Shown: positions 39,450-52,871 of the stretch, one piece after another
Numbering within the stretch: the first letter of the stretch is position 1
How the letters are laid out: each line of letters begins with the position of its first letter
Assembly: GCA_951406725.2 (NCBI GenBank)
Contig: OX597833.1
Span: 45,880,001 to 45,944,000 of the forward strand
Source: Octopus vulgaris
Taxonomy: Eukaryota
DNA: 64,000 nucleotides
Direction of reading: 5' to 3'
Translations under genes and position numbers: made by a program
Notes under the pieces: generated by a model
Databases searched by the model: none
What the model was told of the DNA's origin: nothing
What the model saw: only the letters and a program-made list of their open reading frames with translations

Positions 39450-42400
39450 TATCTGATTTTTAATCGATCTTGTACAAATATATACGGCCTTATATGAATA
39501 TGCAATGTATCTTTAGATGATAATTATTTTGCTTCTTTTGCTAAATGTATGTGTTGTTTAATCCATTTATAAAATAACGACTATTTTCTTCTTCTTCTTT
39601 TCCACCAGGTGACTGCTGTGAAACTGACGACATGTAAGTAATACCATATTGAAGGTGAAGAACAGACGGAATTAGCAGAGCATCAGGTTGAACACTTGAT
39701 GGTATTCGATTCGGCTCTCTGGCTCTCTGTGTTCCAAACCCTCCCAAATTAAATTTCCCTTTCGTCCTTTAGGGGTCGATAAATACAGTACCGATTCATT
39801 ACTAGAGTCAATTATTTTCTCTCTCTCTCCCTCCCTCCCCCTCTTCTCTCTGGGCTACATATATGACCTACATCGTCCTTGCCAGAGCACGTTCCGTGGA
39901 CCGTGCACTGCACTCAAGAGCACCAGCCCTCTTTCATACACACATAAAACCTCTCTTATACACACGCACGCGCACCTTCGTTTTGGGATCACCACTACTT
40001 TATTACCTCCTCTTCTCCCTAGTTCTCCTGTGTGACCCTTCTGTCCGGCATTCGCCATGATAGATCGCTAGTCACTACACATTCATTATTTTCTCCAGCC
40101 ATGTCACATTGCATCACACTGATTTGGTCTGAGAATGACATTAAAGATACAAATGTTTGCGGAACACTCAACCGCTAACACGTTAATTTCACGAGTATAA
40201 ATTCAGTTGATTGAGCGACTTAATGGTCTCCAGTTAGGTAGAGAGAGAGAGAGATACAGTATAACTGGGACGATGGATCAATGAATCACACCCCATCCTT
40301 TGAGAGACTGCCTGGGTCATAACAACAACACCCGGTATTTTATGAGGAGAAGATGGATCAATGAATCACATATCATCTTTCGAGGGGTGATTCATTGATC
40401 CATGCTGAAATACTCAATCAGAATTGACCTGGGGTCTAAACAACAATCACTCAGTATTATATGAGAAGCGTGTATGGTTAAGAAGCTGACGTTTCAGCCA
40501 ATGCACTTTGTTTCTTTTCGAGGCACTTAATTCTCAAAAGATACGCTCCACTTAGCTATAAACAGGTGAGAATTTACAGCTGAATACTGAAATTCAGTAA
40601 TCGGCAAAGTTATCAATATTGATCTTTGAGGTTTCTATGTAATCGATAAACACCTGAGGAGGCTGAATTGTTAACGAACTGAATCTGGAAGAGTGCAGTA
40701 ATTTTACTCAATGATCCTCAACTAAATATTTACCACACGTATTTACCACACAATGATCCTCAACTTGCATTTACCACACATATTTCACGTTAAGCAGTTC
40801 AACTATACCAATATTAAACCACTGAATTTTTTATTGTTCTTTATCAATTTCGTTGAGTAGTTTCATTAAATTTCTTCAAATATTTCTTGTTAAAATCGGT
40901 TCGGCAAAAGTGACCGATAGAATAAGTATCAGGCTAAGAATAAAAGTACTGGGGTCGATACATTCGACGAGAAATTCTTCAAGACAGTACCCTAGCATGG
41001 TCGCAGTCTAATGACTGAAACAAGTAAAAGATAAAAGATACATGATAGGAACCAATACGTATTCAACGATCCCATGAAAAGGTCAATGATATATGAATTC
41101 GCCGCCTCTTGCTGTAATTAAACGGAAACACGAGGCAATAAATTAATGAGTGTTCTGGGTTACGGTGCTAAATTCAAGTTATTGCTTTGGCTTGTGCCAT
41201 GTAACGCGATAGTTCTTATTTAAAATAAATTCTATCCCTATCAGACCAAAACAAACTTGGATATGAATATCGTTGATGTAAGGCGGCGAGCTGGCAGAAT
41301 CGTAAGCACACCGGGCGCAATGCTTAGTGGTATTTCGCCTGTCTTTACGTTCGGGGTTCAAATTCCGCCGAGGTCGACTTTGCCTTTCATCATTTCGTGG
41401 TCGATAAATTAAGTACCAGTTACGCACTGGGGTAGATGTAATCGACTTAATCCCTTTGTCTGTCCTTGTTTGTCCCCTCTATGTTTAGCCCCTTGTGGGC
41501 AATAAAGAAATAAGGCGGCAAGCTGGTAGAATCGTTGGTACACCGCGCAAAACTTTTAGCGGCATTTTGTCCGTCTTTACGTTCTGAATACAAATTCCAC
41601 CGCAATCAACTTTGCCTTTCATTCTTTCGGGGTCGATAAAATAAGTACCAGTTGAGCACTGGGGTCAATGTAAATTTCAGGCCTTGTTCCTATAGTAGAT
41701 AAGAAGGCGGTGAGCTGGCAGAATTGTTGGCACGCCGGGCAAAATGCTCAGCGGCATTTCGTCAGTCTTTACGCTCTGAGTTCAAATTCCGCCTTTCATC
41801 CTTTCGAGGTGTCGATAAAATAAGCACCAATTGAGCACTGGGGTCGATGTAATAGACTTACCCCTTACCCGAAATTGCTGGCCTTGTGCTAAAATTTGAA
41901 AGCAATACGAATATCGTTGTTGCTTTAATGGCTCCGATATTGAACGAATTTGTTCAGCCTACCTCTCCGGTAACAATAATTTTTAAAAAAATCATTTCTT
42001 ATCTTTTCAGCGACATCTGCTTTCCTATCGCCATCCCAGAAGACGATCCCTTTTTCGCTCAATACAGTAGAACATGCATGGCATATACCCGTAGCCTAGC
42101 CACTCCCCCACTTTCCTGCGCTTTGGGTAAGTATGCTTACATTATTTATATTCTTTAAGGCGGCGAACTGGCAGAAACGTTAGCACACCGGGCGAAATGC
42201 TTAGCGGTGTTTCGTCTGCCGCTACGTTCTGAGTTCAAATTCCGCCGAGATCGACTTTACCTTTCATCCTTTCGGGGTCGATTAAATAAGTACCAGTTAC
42301 GCACTGGGGTCGATGTAATCGACTTAATCCGTCTGTCTGTCCTTGTTTGTCCTCTCTGTGTTTAGCCCCTTGAGGGTAGTAAAGAAATAGGTATTTCGTC

Positions 42401-43583
42401 TGTCTTTACGTTCTGAGTTGAAATTCCACCCAGACTTTGCCTTTCATCCTTTCGGAGTCGATAAATTAAGTACTAGTTGCGTACTGGGGTCGATCCCCCA
42501 AAAATTCAGACCTTGTGCCTAGAGTAGAAAAGATTATTTATAATATTTAAGGCGGCGAACTGGTAGAAACGTTAACACGCTAGGCGAAATGCTTAGCAGT
42601 ATTTCGTCTGTCTACGTTCTGAGTTCAAATTCCGCCGAGCTCGACTTTGCCTTTTATCCTTTCGGGGTTGATAAATTAAGTTCCAGATGCGTACTGGGAT
42701 CGACCTAATCGACTGGCTCTCTCCCCAAAATTTCGGGCCTTGTGCCTAAAGTAGAAAAGATTATGTATAATATTTGTCTGAGGAAAAATTAATATAAATG
42801 TTGCTTTTTTCGAAAAATATTAAAAGCAAATAACAAAACAACTCACGAATTTAGATGCTGCTCACTAACAGCAGCTTTAGTTTCGACAAGCATTTCAAAT
42901 GTCCAAATGCGATGTATATGCATTTATTTACTTATTTCTAATTTATGAATCTTTGTGGCTTCAAAAGTGTAACAGTAATCTTGGCTAGAAAGTTGTAGAA
43001 AACCTGACGTAGAGTTGGCTCATCGTTTCTCCTCACTGATTCTAGAGACCCTGGTCCATTTTGCCTTTCATTCCTTCAGGGTCAATGAAATAAGTACCAG
43101 TTGAGCACTGGGGTCGATGTAATCGACTTAGTCCCTCCCCCTTAAATTGCTGGCCTTGTGCCAACATTTGAAATCAGTATCATGAATGTCGTTTTGCTGA
43201 TGTGTGTAACAGTTTGTAAAACAGTTTCTTTCGTTATCATATTTCAGGTCCACGCGAACAGTTGAACGGTGCAACTAGCTTCATAGATGCATCTCAGGTG
43301 TATGGTTCTGATTTGACCAGACAAACCACACTGAGGACAATGACTGGTGGTAAGTTTTATGTTTGTGGGTGAGTTGGGGGAGGGAGAGTGCATGTGGTGG
43401 CCCCTTTTGATAAATGCCTCCTCGGAATATCCGATGAAGTAGACATGTCCTACATCCAAGAAACTTGATAGTAATGCGGGGCTGAATCGAGTGCTACTTT
43501 CGTTTTGTTCACACACTCGTGCGTATGCATACCCACGCACACATAACAACATACATACATACATACATACATACATACATACA

Positions 43584-43615
<32 letters not shown>

Positions 43616-43780
43616 CATGTAGGAGTGGTTGTGTGGTAAGTAGCTTGCTTACAAACCACAAGGTTCTGAGTTCAGTCCCACTGCGTGGCACCTTGGGCAA
43701 GTGTCTTCTACTATAGTCTCGGGTCGACCAAAGCCTTGTGAGTGGATTTGGTAGACGGAAACTGAAAGAAGCCCGTCGTG

Positions 43781-43821
<41 letters not shown>

Positions 43822-44124
43822 ACGTATGTATGTGTTTGTGTGTCTGTGTTTGTCCCCCCAGCATCGCTTGACAAGCGATGCTGGTGTGTTTACGTCCCCG
43901 TGACTTGGCGGTTCGGCAAGACAGCCCGATAGAATAAATACTAAGCTTACAAAGAATAAGTCGTGGGGTCGATTTGTTCGACTAAAGGCGGTGCTCCAGC
44001 ATGGCCGCAGTTAAATGACTGAAACAAAAAAATTAATAAAAACATACATATATCTATCTGTATAGCATACATACATACATACATACATGCATACATACAT
44101 ACATATACATACATGCATACATAC

Positions 44125-44185
<61 letters not shown>

Positions 44186-45597
44186 GAAAGAGAAAGAGAA
44201 GATAAGAAATGGACCAGTAATTAACAATGAGAAATGGATCATTGGTGTTTAAAAGTCATATATATATATATATAGTAGTTCCTGAGTGTGCTGTCTGATG
44301 TACGACTGCTACTGGTGAATATATAAAGGTCCACGTGAAGAGTATCAGCACCCAATCTACTTCCAATAAAGTTACGGAAATACAGCCATGCACTATGAAT
44401 ACGTATCGCAGAAGATGCAACTATCCACAATGGCGAAACGTGCGTAGGAAACAACTAGTTTAAACTGTATGTTATGCCTTTCATGTCTTTTCCTTGTGTT
44501 TGTGAGAGAGAGAGAGAGTATTTCTATTTATGCGTACGTACCCGTGTATGTATATATAATTTGTATTCGTTCTTATGAGATCGATTTAAATTTTGTTTTT
44601 CTTGTATATTTGCAGGACTTATGAGATCAACCCCAACTGATGACCTCGACCTTCTGCCCCAGTCTAACACCACATTCTGTCTTGCCTCTGAAGGAAACCT
44701 CTGCTTCATTGGAGGTGGGTTATTCTCTTAATTATCAGTATATATTTTAACAGAGTCAGCAGTCGTTAGGGAAGCGCATGGCCTAGTGGTTAGGGTGTTG
44801 GATTCATGATCGTAAGATTGTTGTTTCGATTCCTGAACCGGGCGGTTCGTTTTGGTTTTTTTGGGAGCAAAGCACTTCATTTCACGTTGCTCCAGTCCAC
44901 TCGTCTGGTAAAAATGAGTAATCCTGCGACGGACTAGCGTCCCGTGCAGGGAGGTGTATATATATCAGAGAAACCGGGAAATCATCCTTATGCTTCATCC
45001 TTATGTTCCTTACAGTGTAATGTGGACTCACCTTAGGGACGTCGATGAAATGCACAGCGGTAATTATTCAGGCTCCTTGCGTTCAGAGTTCAAATCCACC
45101 GAAGTTAATCAGGCATTTTATCCTTCGGAGGGGTCGATATATAAAGTATCAGAAATAGAGCTGTAGACTGACAGAAACGTTGCAGTGTGGGACCAAATAC
45201 CTTGCGATATTCGTTCCACCTCTGAGGGTTCTGGGTTCAAATCTCATTACGGCCAACTTAATTGGTAGGCTCCAAGCGTCACCCGGTTTAACACCCCCAC
45301 CTGACCCTTCGTGGCCTTCAGCGGAGTCGACCCTGTTGTAAACATTGGGGTCAGGTCTCCGGGACTAGAATACCTTCCTCCCTTGCTTTCAACATTATCG
45401 GAAAGCCTTTAGAGGATCTTGAGCACTGATCTTTCCTTATAGGTTGTATACTTAAGTAACTTTCTTTGCAAACACGTGACTTTGGGTTCGGTCCCACTGC
45501 GCGGCACCTTGGGCAAGCGCTTTCTACTATAGCTCCAGGCCGACAAATGACTTGTCAGTGAATCTGCTAAACGATAACTGTGTGGAAGCCTCGGTGT

Positions 45598-45660
<63 letters not shown>

Positions 45661-48600
45661 TGTGTGTGTGTGTGTGATAAAATGATTTGTCAATGAAAAA
45701 TACCAATTTACTTCAATATTTGGATGATGTGTGTCATAAAAAGACCCCATCAAATGGAATTCTTTAATTCAGTTGTTTGTTCTGCTACACACGTTAGGAC
45801 CATGTTTCTACTTCTACCTCTTTTCTCCCTCTCTATTCGCATATATGTATGTGTGTGTGAGAGAGAGAGAGTGTGTGTGTGTAAGTGTGTGTGCATATGT
45901 GGGACGAGATAGATAGTTTGAAAGAAAGGGAGAGATAGGCAGATATATAAAATCCTCTGCGAGCGAGTTTCAATACATGAACACATAGTGTTCGGGTAGT
46001 CCAACCTTAACCACTACTCCACTGCTCCAGGCAATTGCTAAATAACAATGACACTTGACTAACAGGCCTTTTCTGTAATAAATACGTGATTTATAAAGTA
46101 AAATCTAGAATTTCGAGGAATCCGATACAAGTTTACGTCATCAATACATTTACAATATACAGGATGCGGCAGATGGACACCCTGATTTCAATGATTAATA
46201 AAGAATACACACCGGAAGATGCATGAAAAAAACTTGGATTTCTAAAAAGTTCATTACTTGCCATTTTTTCAGTTTTAGGAAGTATCCACCATCGCCTGGA
46301 GTGGAGAACGTTTTTTCTTGTACCTTCAAGTATTTGTTTTTTTTTCATTAACCATTGAAATCGGAGCAACCTTTCTGCCGCGCCCTGTATCTATTTCCAT
46401 TACTGTTTCATATCAATATAACACTTCACTCATTTTAACATGCTTTTTGTTTGCTTTTATTTTTGTTATGTTTTTCCCCTGCTTCAGGTGATAACCGAGT
46501 TAATGTACAACCTATGATGATGTCCCAACACACCCTCTTCCTTCGAGAACACAACCGCATAGCTAACGCGCTGAGCACCGGCCACCCAGATTGGACCGAC
46601 GAAGTCGTCTTTCAAGAAGCTCGCAAAATCGTCATTTCTGAGATGCAACACATTGCATACGACGAATATCTACCCAAAGTACTCGGCCCTGAATTTATGA
46701 ACACCTACAATCTGAACTCACTTACAGAGGGTTACTCCTTGTACATAGGCAACATCAATCCTGCTATTCGTAATGGTTTCGGCGCCGCTGGTATTATCTA
46801 CAGTCACTCCGGAATTAGAGGCCTTATTACCATTGGAGAAACTCAGAATGCTCTTAGTTCCTTGTACTATAACGCAGATGTTTTCTATGGAGAAACCGAT
46901 GCCCCTACTTTAGTTTACCGAGGACTTACCTCTGATTTGGCACAAGAAGTTGACAGGTAAAACCATTTGTTGAGGATAATAGCGCTAAGAGCAAAGATGC
47001 TTGAGTTTTCATACATAGTGTAACCTATCATGATGCGTTATTCAATATCCGCTGAAACAACATCCTCCGAGGGGATGTTTCAGCGAGTATCGAATAACGG
47101 TATAATTACATCTCCCTGCGAGCTGGCAGATTCGTTAGCGCGGCGGGCGAAATGCTTAGCGGTATTTCGTCTGCCGTTGCGTTCTGAGTTCAAATTCCGC
47201 CGTGGTCGACTTTGCCTTTCATCCTTTCGGGGTCGATAAATTAAGTACCAGTTACGCACTGGGGTCGATATAATCGACTTAATCCGTTTATCTGTCCTTG
47301 TTTGTCCCCTCTGTGTAGCCCCTCTGTGTAGCCCCTCTGTGTAGCCCCTTGTGGGCAGTAAAGAAATAGGTATAATTACATCTCCCTTATAGTGTTTGAG
47401 TATTTTTATAGTCGATATTGAGGTTCTTTTTGTCAAAGAATTTCATTCCTGACACCGAGAACTTGCGGCCTTCTGAAGGAGTAAGTGTATCATTTTGAAA
47501 GTTTAAAAGCGGATTTCCGACAGAAGCTACATTAAAACCTTTCTCTCAACGACCGAGAAATAAGTAAATATATTACTGCCGTCTTGATTTACGTTAATTT
47601 AAACCTATCTTTCACCTAAATACAAATTTTAGAAACACCTGTTTTGTATTTCTTTATCGACACATGTAATTACTTGTTTAAAGTAATTATTTTGTGTTAA
47701 AACTTTGAAAACCGAAGAAATTTTCAAAATAATTTTTCTTTTTATAAGTTACTGTCGGGAGGCATGGTTCGATTCTTTTCGTCTTTTACATTTTTTTAGA
47801 GCGTTTAAGAATAATTACGTTATAAATGAACAGGTTTGTTATTTTATAGAAATAAAAGCAGTGTATTTCACTTTTGGATTTGGTTTGCAAGATTCTTTAT
47901 GTGAGTTCGTGTGTTGAAGCATATTTTTTGCGTCTGAGGAGATTTATTCTCTTTTAGTACATTATCATTTAATACACTCACCGGTAAAGTTTCTACTCAT
48001 GAGTGGAAACTTTACCGGTGAGTGTGTTAAATGATAAGGCACTATAAGAGAATGGCTCTCCCCAGACACAACAAAAAAGCGCAGAGTATTTGAAATGAAA
48101 TATGGTAACAAAATAGTTAAAAGAAATGAAGACATATAGGACTGTAACTGCTAGAATGCCTTTGACCATAAGTCTTCTCGGTTCCAACGGAGCTGAACTA
48201 AATAACAAAAGCTATGGTAACCATTATGTGTACTTTGTTACGTTTTATTTTGTAGACTGATGACGGAAGATCTAACCAACAGATTAGTTGAAACAGCCCC
48301 AGGAAATGGCTGGGATTTAGCTGCACTAAACATCCAGCAAGGACGTGATAATGGACTCCCATCATACACAGCTTGGAGACAGTGGTGTGGATTGTCTGTT
48401 CCTGAAAACTTCACAGACCTCGTAGATCACACTGAAGAAAATCAAAACCTTCTCTCACAACTTTACGAGTGAGTTCCTCTCTCTCTCTCTCTCTTTCTCC
48501 ATTTTACTCTCTCCCTCTTTCTTTCTATCTCACTCTCCCTCTTGCTTTCTCTCACCTTTTCTTTCATCCTTCTCTCCCTCCGTCCCTCTTTCTTTCTTTC

Positions 48601-48685
48601 TTTCTTTCTCTCCTTTTCTCTTTCTCTCTCTCACTTCTCTTTATCTTCCTTCCTCTTTCTCCTCCTCCCCCGCTCTGTCTGTCTG

Positions 48686-48754
<69 letters not shown>

Positions 48755-51700
48755 CATTCACATCCAAGTAATGCCTAGTACCAATATTAGAAATCAATAT
48801 CTAACGATATTCATATTATCAGATTTATAAATATTATTCCTTGTAACTTTCCAGCCCTTTCTACGAATATAAACATGGAATGAAATATAGGCACCCTTCG
48901 CTTTATCACAGTATGGCATTCTTGAGAACTTTGCCGCGGTGTAGGATTTCGTGACGCAAAATATATTCCTCTCACTTTAACGTCTATGCAACGAGAAAGC
49001 CAGTGATAAGTGGGTTTCTCGTTACGGAACTCCATGTTACGGAAATATTTTCAGGAATGCAACGATTCCGCAACACAAAGGGTGCCTTGAGTTTATATTA
49101 AATATATTTTGAAGTCTTAAAATTATAAGGGTGTCCATGACCTACTTCACAGGAAGAAGTGCAAAAGTTATCCCTTGATCGGAGATCAGACCTTATTGAA
49201 ATTGTTGTGCAGTGCTACGTAAAAAGGGGGCGGTCAATCCATAACCACATAGTTGCGAAACAGCTTCTTAAACGCACAGACATTCCTGCAACCAAGTTAC
49301 CATCAAAAATCGAAATTAGCTCGTCTTTAACGTATGCTAATTCCTCGGGTAACTTTCTCTTATCATATCTTTTATCTCTTACTTGTTTCTCTCATTGGAA
49401 AGCAGCCATTCTGGGGCATCAATTTGAAGGGGCTTAATCAAAGAAGTCGACCCCCACCAGTACGTACTTTTGCACTCGGCGAAGGCAAAATACCAGGGGA
49501 TGAAAATGGTAATATTGCCATCGATTCCATTTGTACCATTGTTAAAACGCCTTCTGATCTCAGAGATGCAGTGTTCCCAGATCTACAAGCTAATTATCAG
49601 AAAATGGATTGGATTGGCCAAAGGGCTATTCTGGCCCCGAGGAATAAAACTGTTCACCATATTAATGATGAAATGCTAAAATTCATTGCTGGGGATGTCT
49701 ATGTATATAAGTCTATCGATACAACTTCTGACCCAGAGGACGTCATCAACTATCCTATAGAGGTACTCAATTCCTTTGAGCCCCCCGGACTACCACCACA
49801 CATTCTCAAACTTAAAGTTGGTGCCCCTATAATGCTCATTAGAAATTTGGTTCCCCCAAAACAATGCAATGGCACACGTTTGATCGTTAAGTCCTTATCT
49901 CCCACCGTAAACTTATATCAATATTTGCCTGAATAGTCATCATAATTCAGTGCAATCATTAGCAGTACTTTCAAGCAATTCAGTCCCGAGGATCGCCGGG
50001 CAATTCTGCTAGTATATATATATGTTTATATATATATATATACAAACATATATACGACGGGCTTCTGTTTCCGTCTACCAAATCCACTCACAAGGCTTTG
50101 GTCGGCCCGAGGTTATAGTAGAAGACACTTGCCCAAGGTGTCACGCAGTGGGTCTGAACCCGGAACCATGTGGCTGGTAAGCAAGCTACTTACCCCACAT
50201 CCAATCCTACACACACACACACCATATATATGTATGATGGACTTCCACACAGATTCCGTCTACCAAATTCACTCACATAGTTGACTCGGGGCTAAAAGAC
50301 ATATGCCCAAGAAACCGCGCAATAAGACTGAACCTGAAATTTGAAAAGCCAACGTTTTAAGCATACACCCAAACAAACACATTTCTGCATGTATGAGACC
50401 TCATTCTCTCCCATTACCCCCATTTATACTAATAACACATTTTTGTCTTTACATTTTTCAGGAATGTTGCCGATATTGACGTATGGAGTGGTGGTGTGTC
50501 CGAAATCCAAGTTGCAGGTGGCGATGTTGGTCCTACATTAGCTTGCATTACAGCACGACAGTTCCAAGCTTTGAAAGTCGGAGACAGATTCTGGTACGAA
50601 AATGCCGGACCCAACCAGTTATCGCTCGGTAATACAAATTTCTTTTTTAATGACCAGCTTTTATGTACGTTTAAATTAGAACGGCGTTAGGATGCCGGAA
50701 TCAGTAGAGTCACACAAAATGTGGTATTTCGATAGAAAGTCAAACAAAATGTGATATCTCGGTAGTGAGTCAGACAAAACGAGATACTTCGTCGTGAATC
50801 TCTAATGTTACTTGGAGTCAATTCAGTCAGTTAAATTGCCTACACAGGGGAAGAGAGAATAGATTAAGTGATGTACGGGGTTATTTTCGGGTAAAGATAT
50901 TTCTAACAGTTGGATTTCTGGCCTATAATATCCCTCTGTAACAATATTCCATTGTAGATACTTTGGCTGCTGTAAGAAACGTTACAATGTCTCGATTAAT
51001 CTGTGACAACACCAATATCGAACAGATCCAAGCTGATGCTTTTCTGCAAATCTCTGACACGTAAGTTTTGTTTATTTTTCATATAATTTCATTTTATGTT
51101 ACAGTATATGTTGTTCACTTAGGTGAATATATGGTATATTCTGTCATCAGAGATGAAGAAATTTAGTAAACAAATAGCTGGCTTTTAAAAAGGTGCTCTT
51201 ATGAGTTGTACTTCTCCACCGATGTTAATCTGTTATATAAAATCAGTTCTGTCTGTCTGTGTGTGTGTGTGTGTGTCTTCTAGGATCTCGGGCATCCTCC
51301 ATCCGATTGCGCTCAAATTTGATATGTAAATACCGACGGTATTAGGGCATTATAAGTCCTGAAAAAAATTACAAAAATCGATTTCAAGTGAGAATGCGAT
51401 CGATAAAGCCGTGGGAACGTGCATTTGTACGCGCAAGTACATCAGCTGTTGCGATCGATACTACGCGAACGCGAGAAAAATGCACGTGCAGTTTGCGCAA
51501 AAAAAGCCGGTTGGCTTGAAATAATGCCACAAAATGCAGTATATTTAAGAGACCAAAAAATTTGGTTTAAATGTTTGACAACTCAGCACCGTCCATTGGA
51601 CGAGGTGGGGGGGCGTTTTGCTCGTTAATATATAACTAGTCACATGTTTATCTGAGATAATCTTGAGCTGTTTCGTGGTACTTTCGATTGGTGAGAGAGA

Positions 51701-52222
51701 ATTGACAGCATGAACATGAACATATGTCACACGTATGCAATATGATGTTTCAGGAGAAAGTCGGGAAAAGAATATTGGACAACTCCATTATACATACGTG
51801 CGTACATGTGTGTGTGTGTCGTATGAAAAGCAAGATGGTGGTCCAGCATGGCCTTAGCTAAAAACATACGAAATACACACACATACATACATACGTACAT
51901 ACATACACACACATTAGGCTGACCTAAATGTATATATTTTGAGTTGACTTGATCTGCCAGGCTGTTTAACACCACCACTACCACCTGGGCCTTGAATGTC
52001 TTTCAACAAAGACCACTCGGCTGCAAGAATTCGTGCATCTGAGCAGTAGATAACTTCCACCCACTAATAAACAAGGCTCTAAGAAGATCCACGGTAGATG
52101 AACTCCAATATTTGACTAAGTCACTAGTACACTAGTATGTATGTATGTGTGTATATATGCGCGAATCATTTGGCGTCGTGTACGAAACTCTAGGCACTTG
52201 AGTCACATATGTAGCGTTACAA

Positions 52223-52277
<55 letters not shown>

Positions 52278-52550
52278 ACAATTGAGGGTAAAATTAATTA
52301 ATTAATCAATTTCACCAAGTGTTCAGTATGTAAAAGGACCTATTTAAGGCGAATTCAAAATATTACATTATATAATTAGGGCTTAGTAAAATAAATTACT
52401 TTGCCACATACTGAACTTAGTAGAAATAGCAGCCAAAAAATTTTTTTTTCTTAGCATTTCTACTATAGAAATGCTAAGAAAAAAAATTTTTTGGCTGCTA
52501 TTTCTACTAAGTTCAGTATGTGGCAAAGTAATTTATTTTACTAAGCCCTA

Positions 52551-52617
<67 letters not shown>

Positions 52618-52833
52618 ACTATTGTTCCTGAAAGTTGTTTTTTTATACCTTCTACGGGCTGCTGGAGACTTACCTTTGTACCACATCCTCCCCCCCCCCA
52701 TATGTATATATATGTCGAAGAGCGTAGGCTCGAAACGTAAAAGACTTTTTTCTATTCCTGAGCGCTATACTAATACGTTTGTCTGTTTGTACTCCACCTG
52801 CCTTCGTCTTTTGTTTATTTTCGTAAACTTTCC

Positions 52834-52871
<38 letters not shown>

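Noticed and set aside
40265-40405. Short direct and inverted repeats of gatggatcaatgaatcac
   Set aside because: Small local duplication with no evidence of function
49334-49936. 200-aa ORF as a host PIF1 helicase gene
   Set aside because: Partial domain only, N-terminus comes from a SINE, intronless and followed by a Helitron terminus
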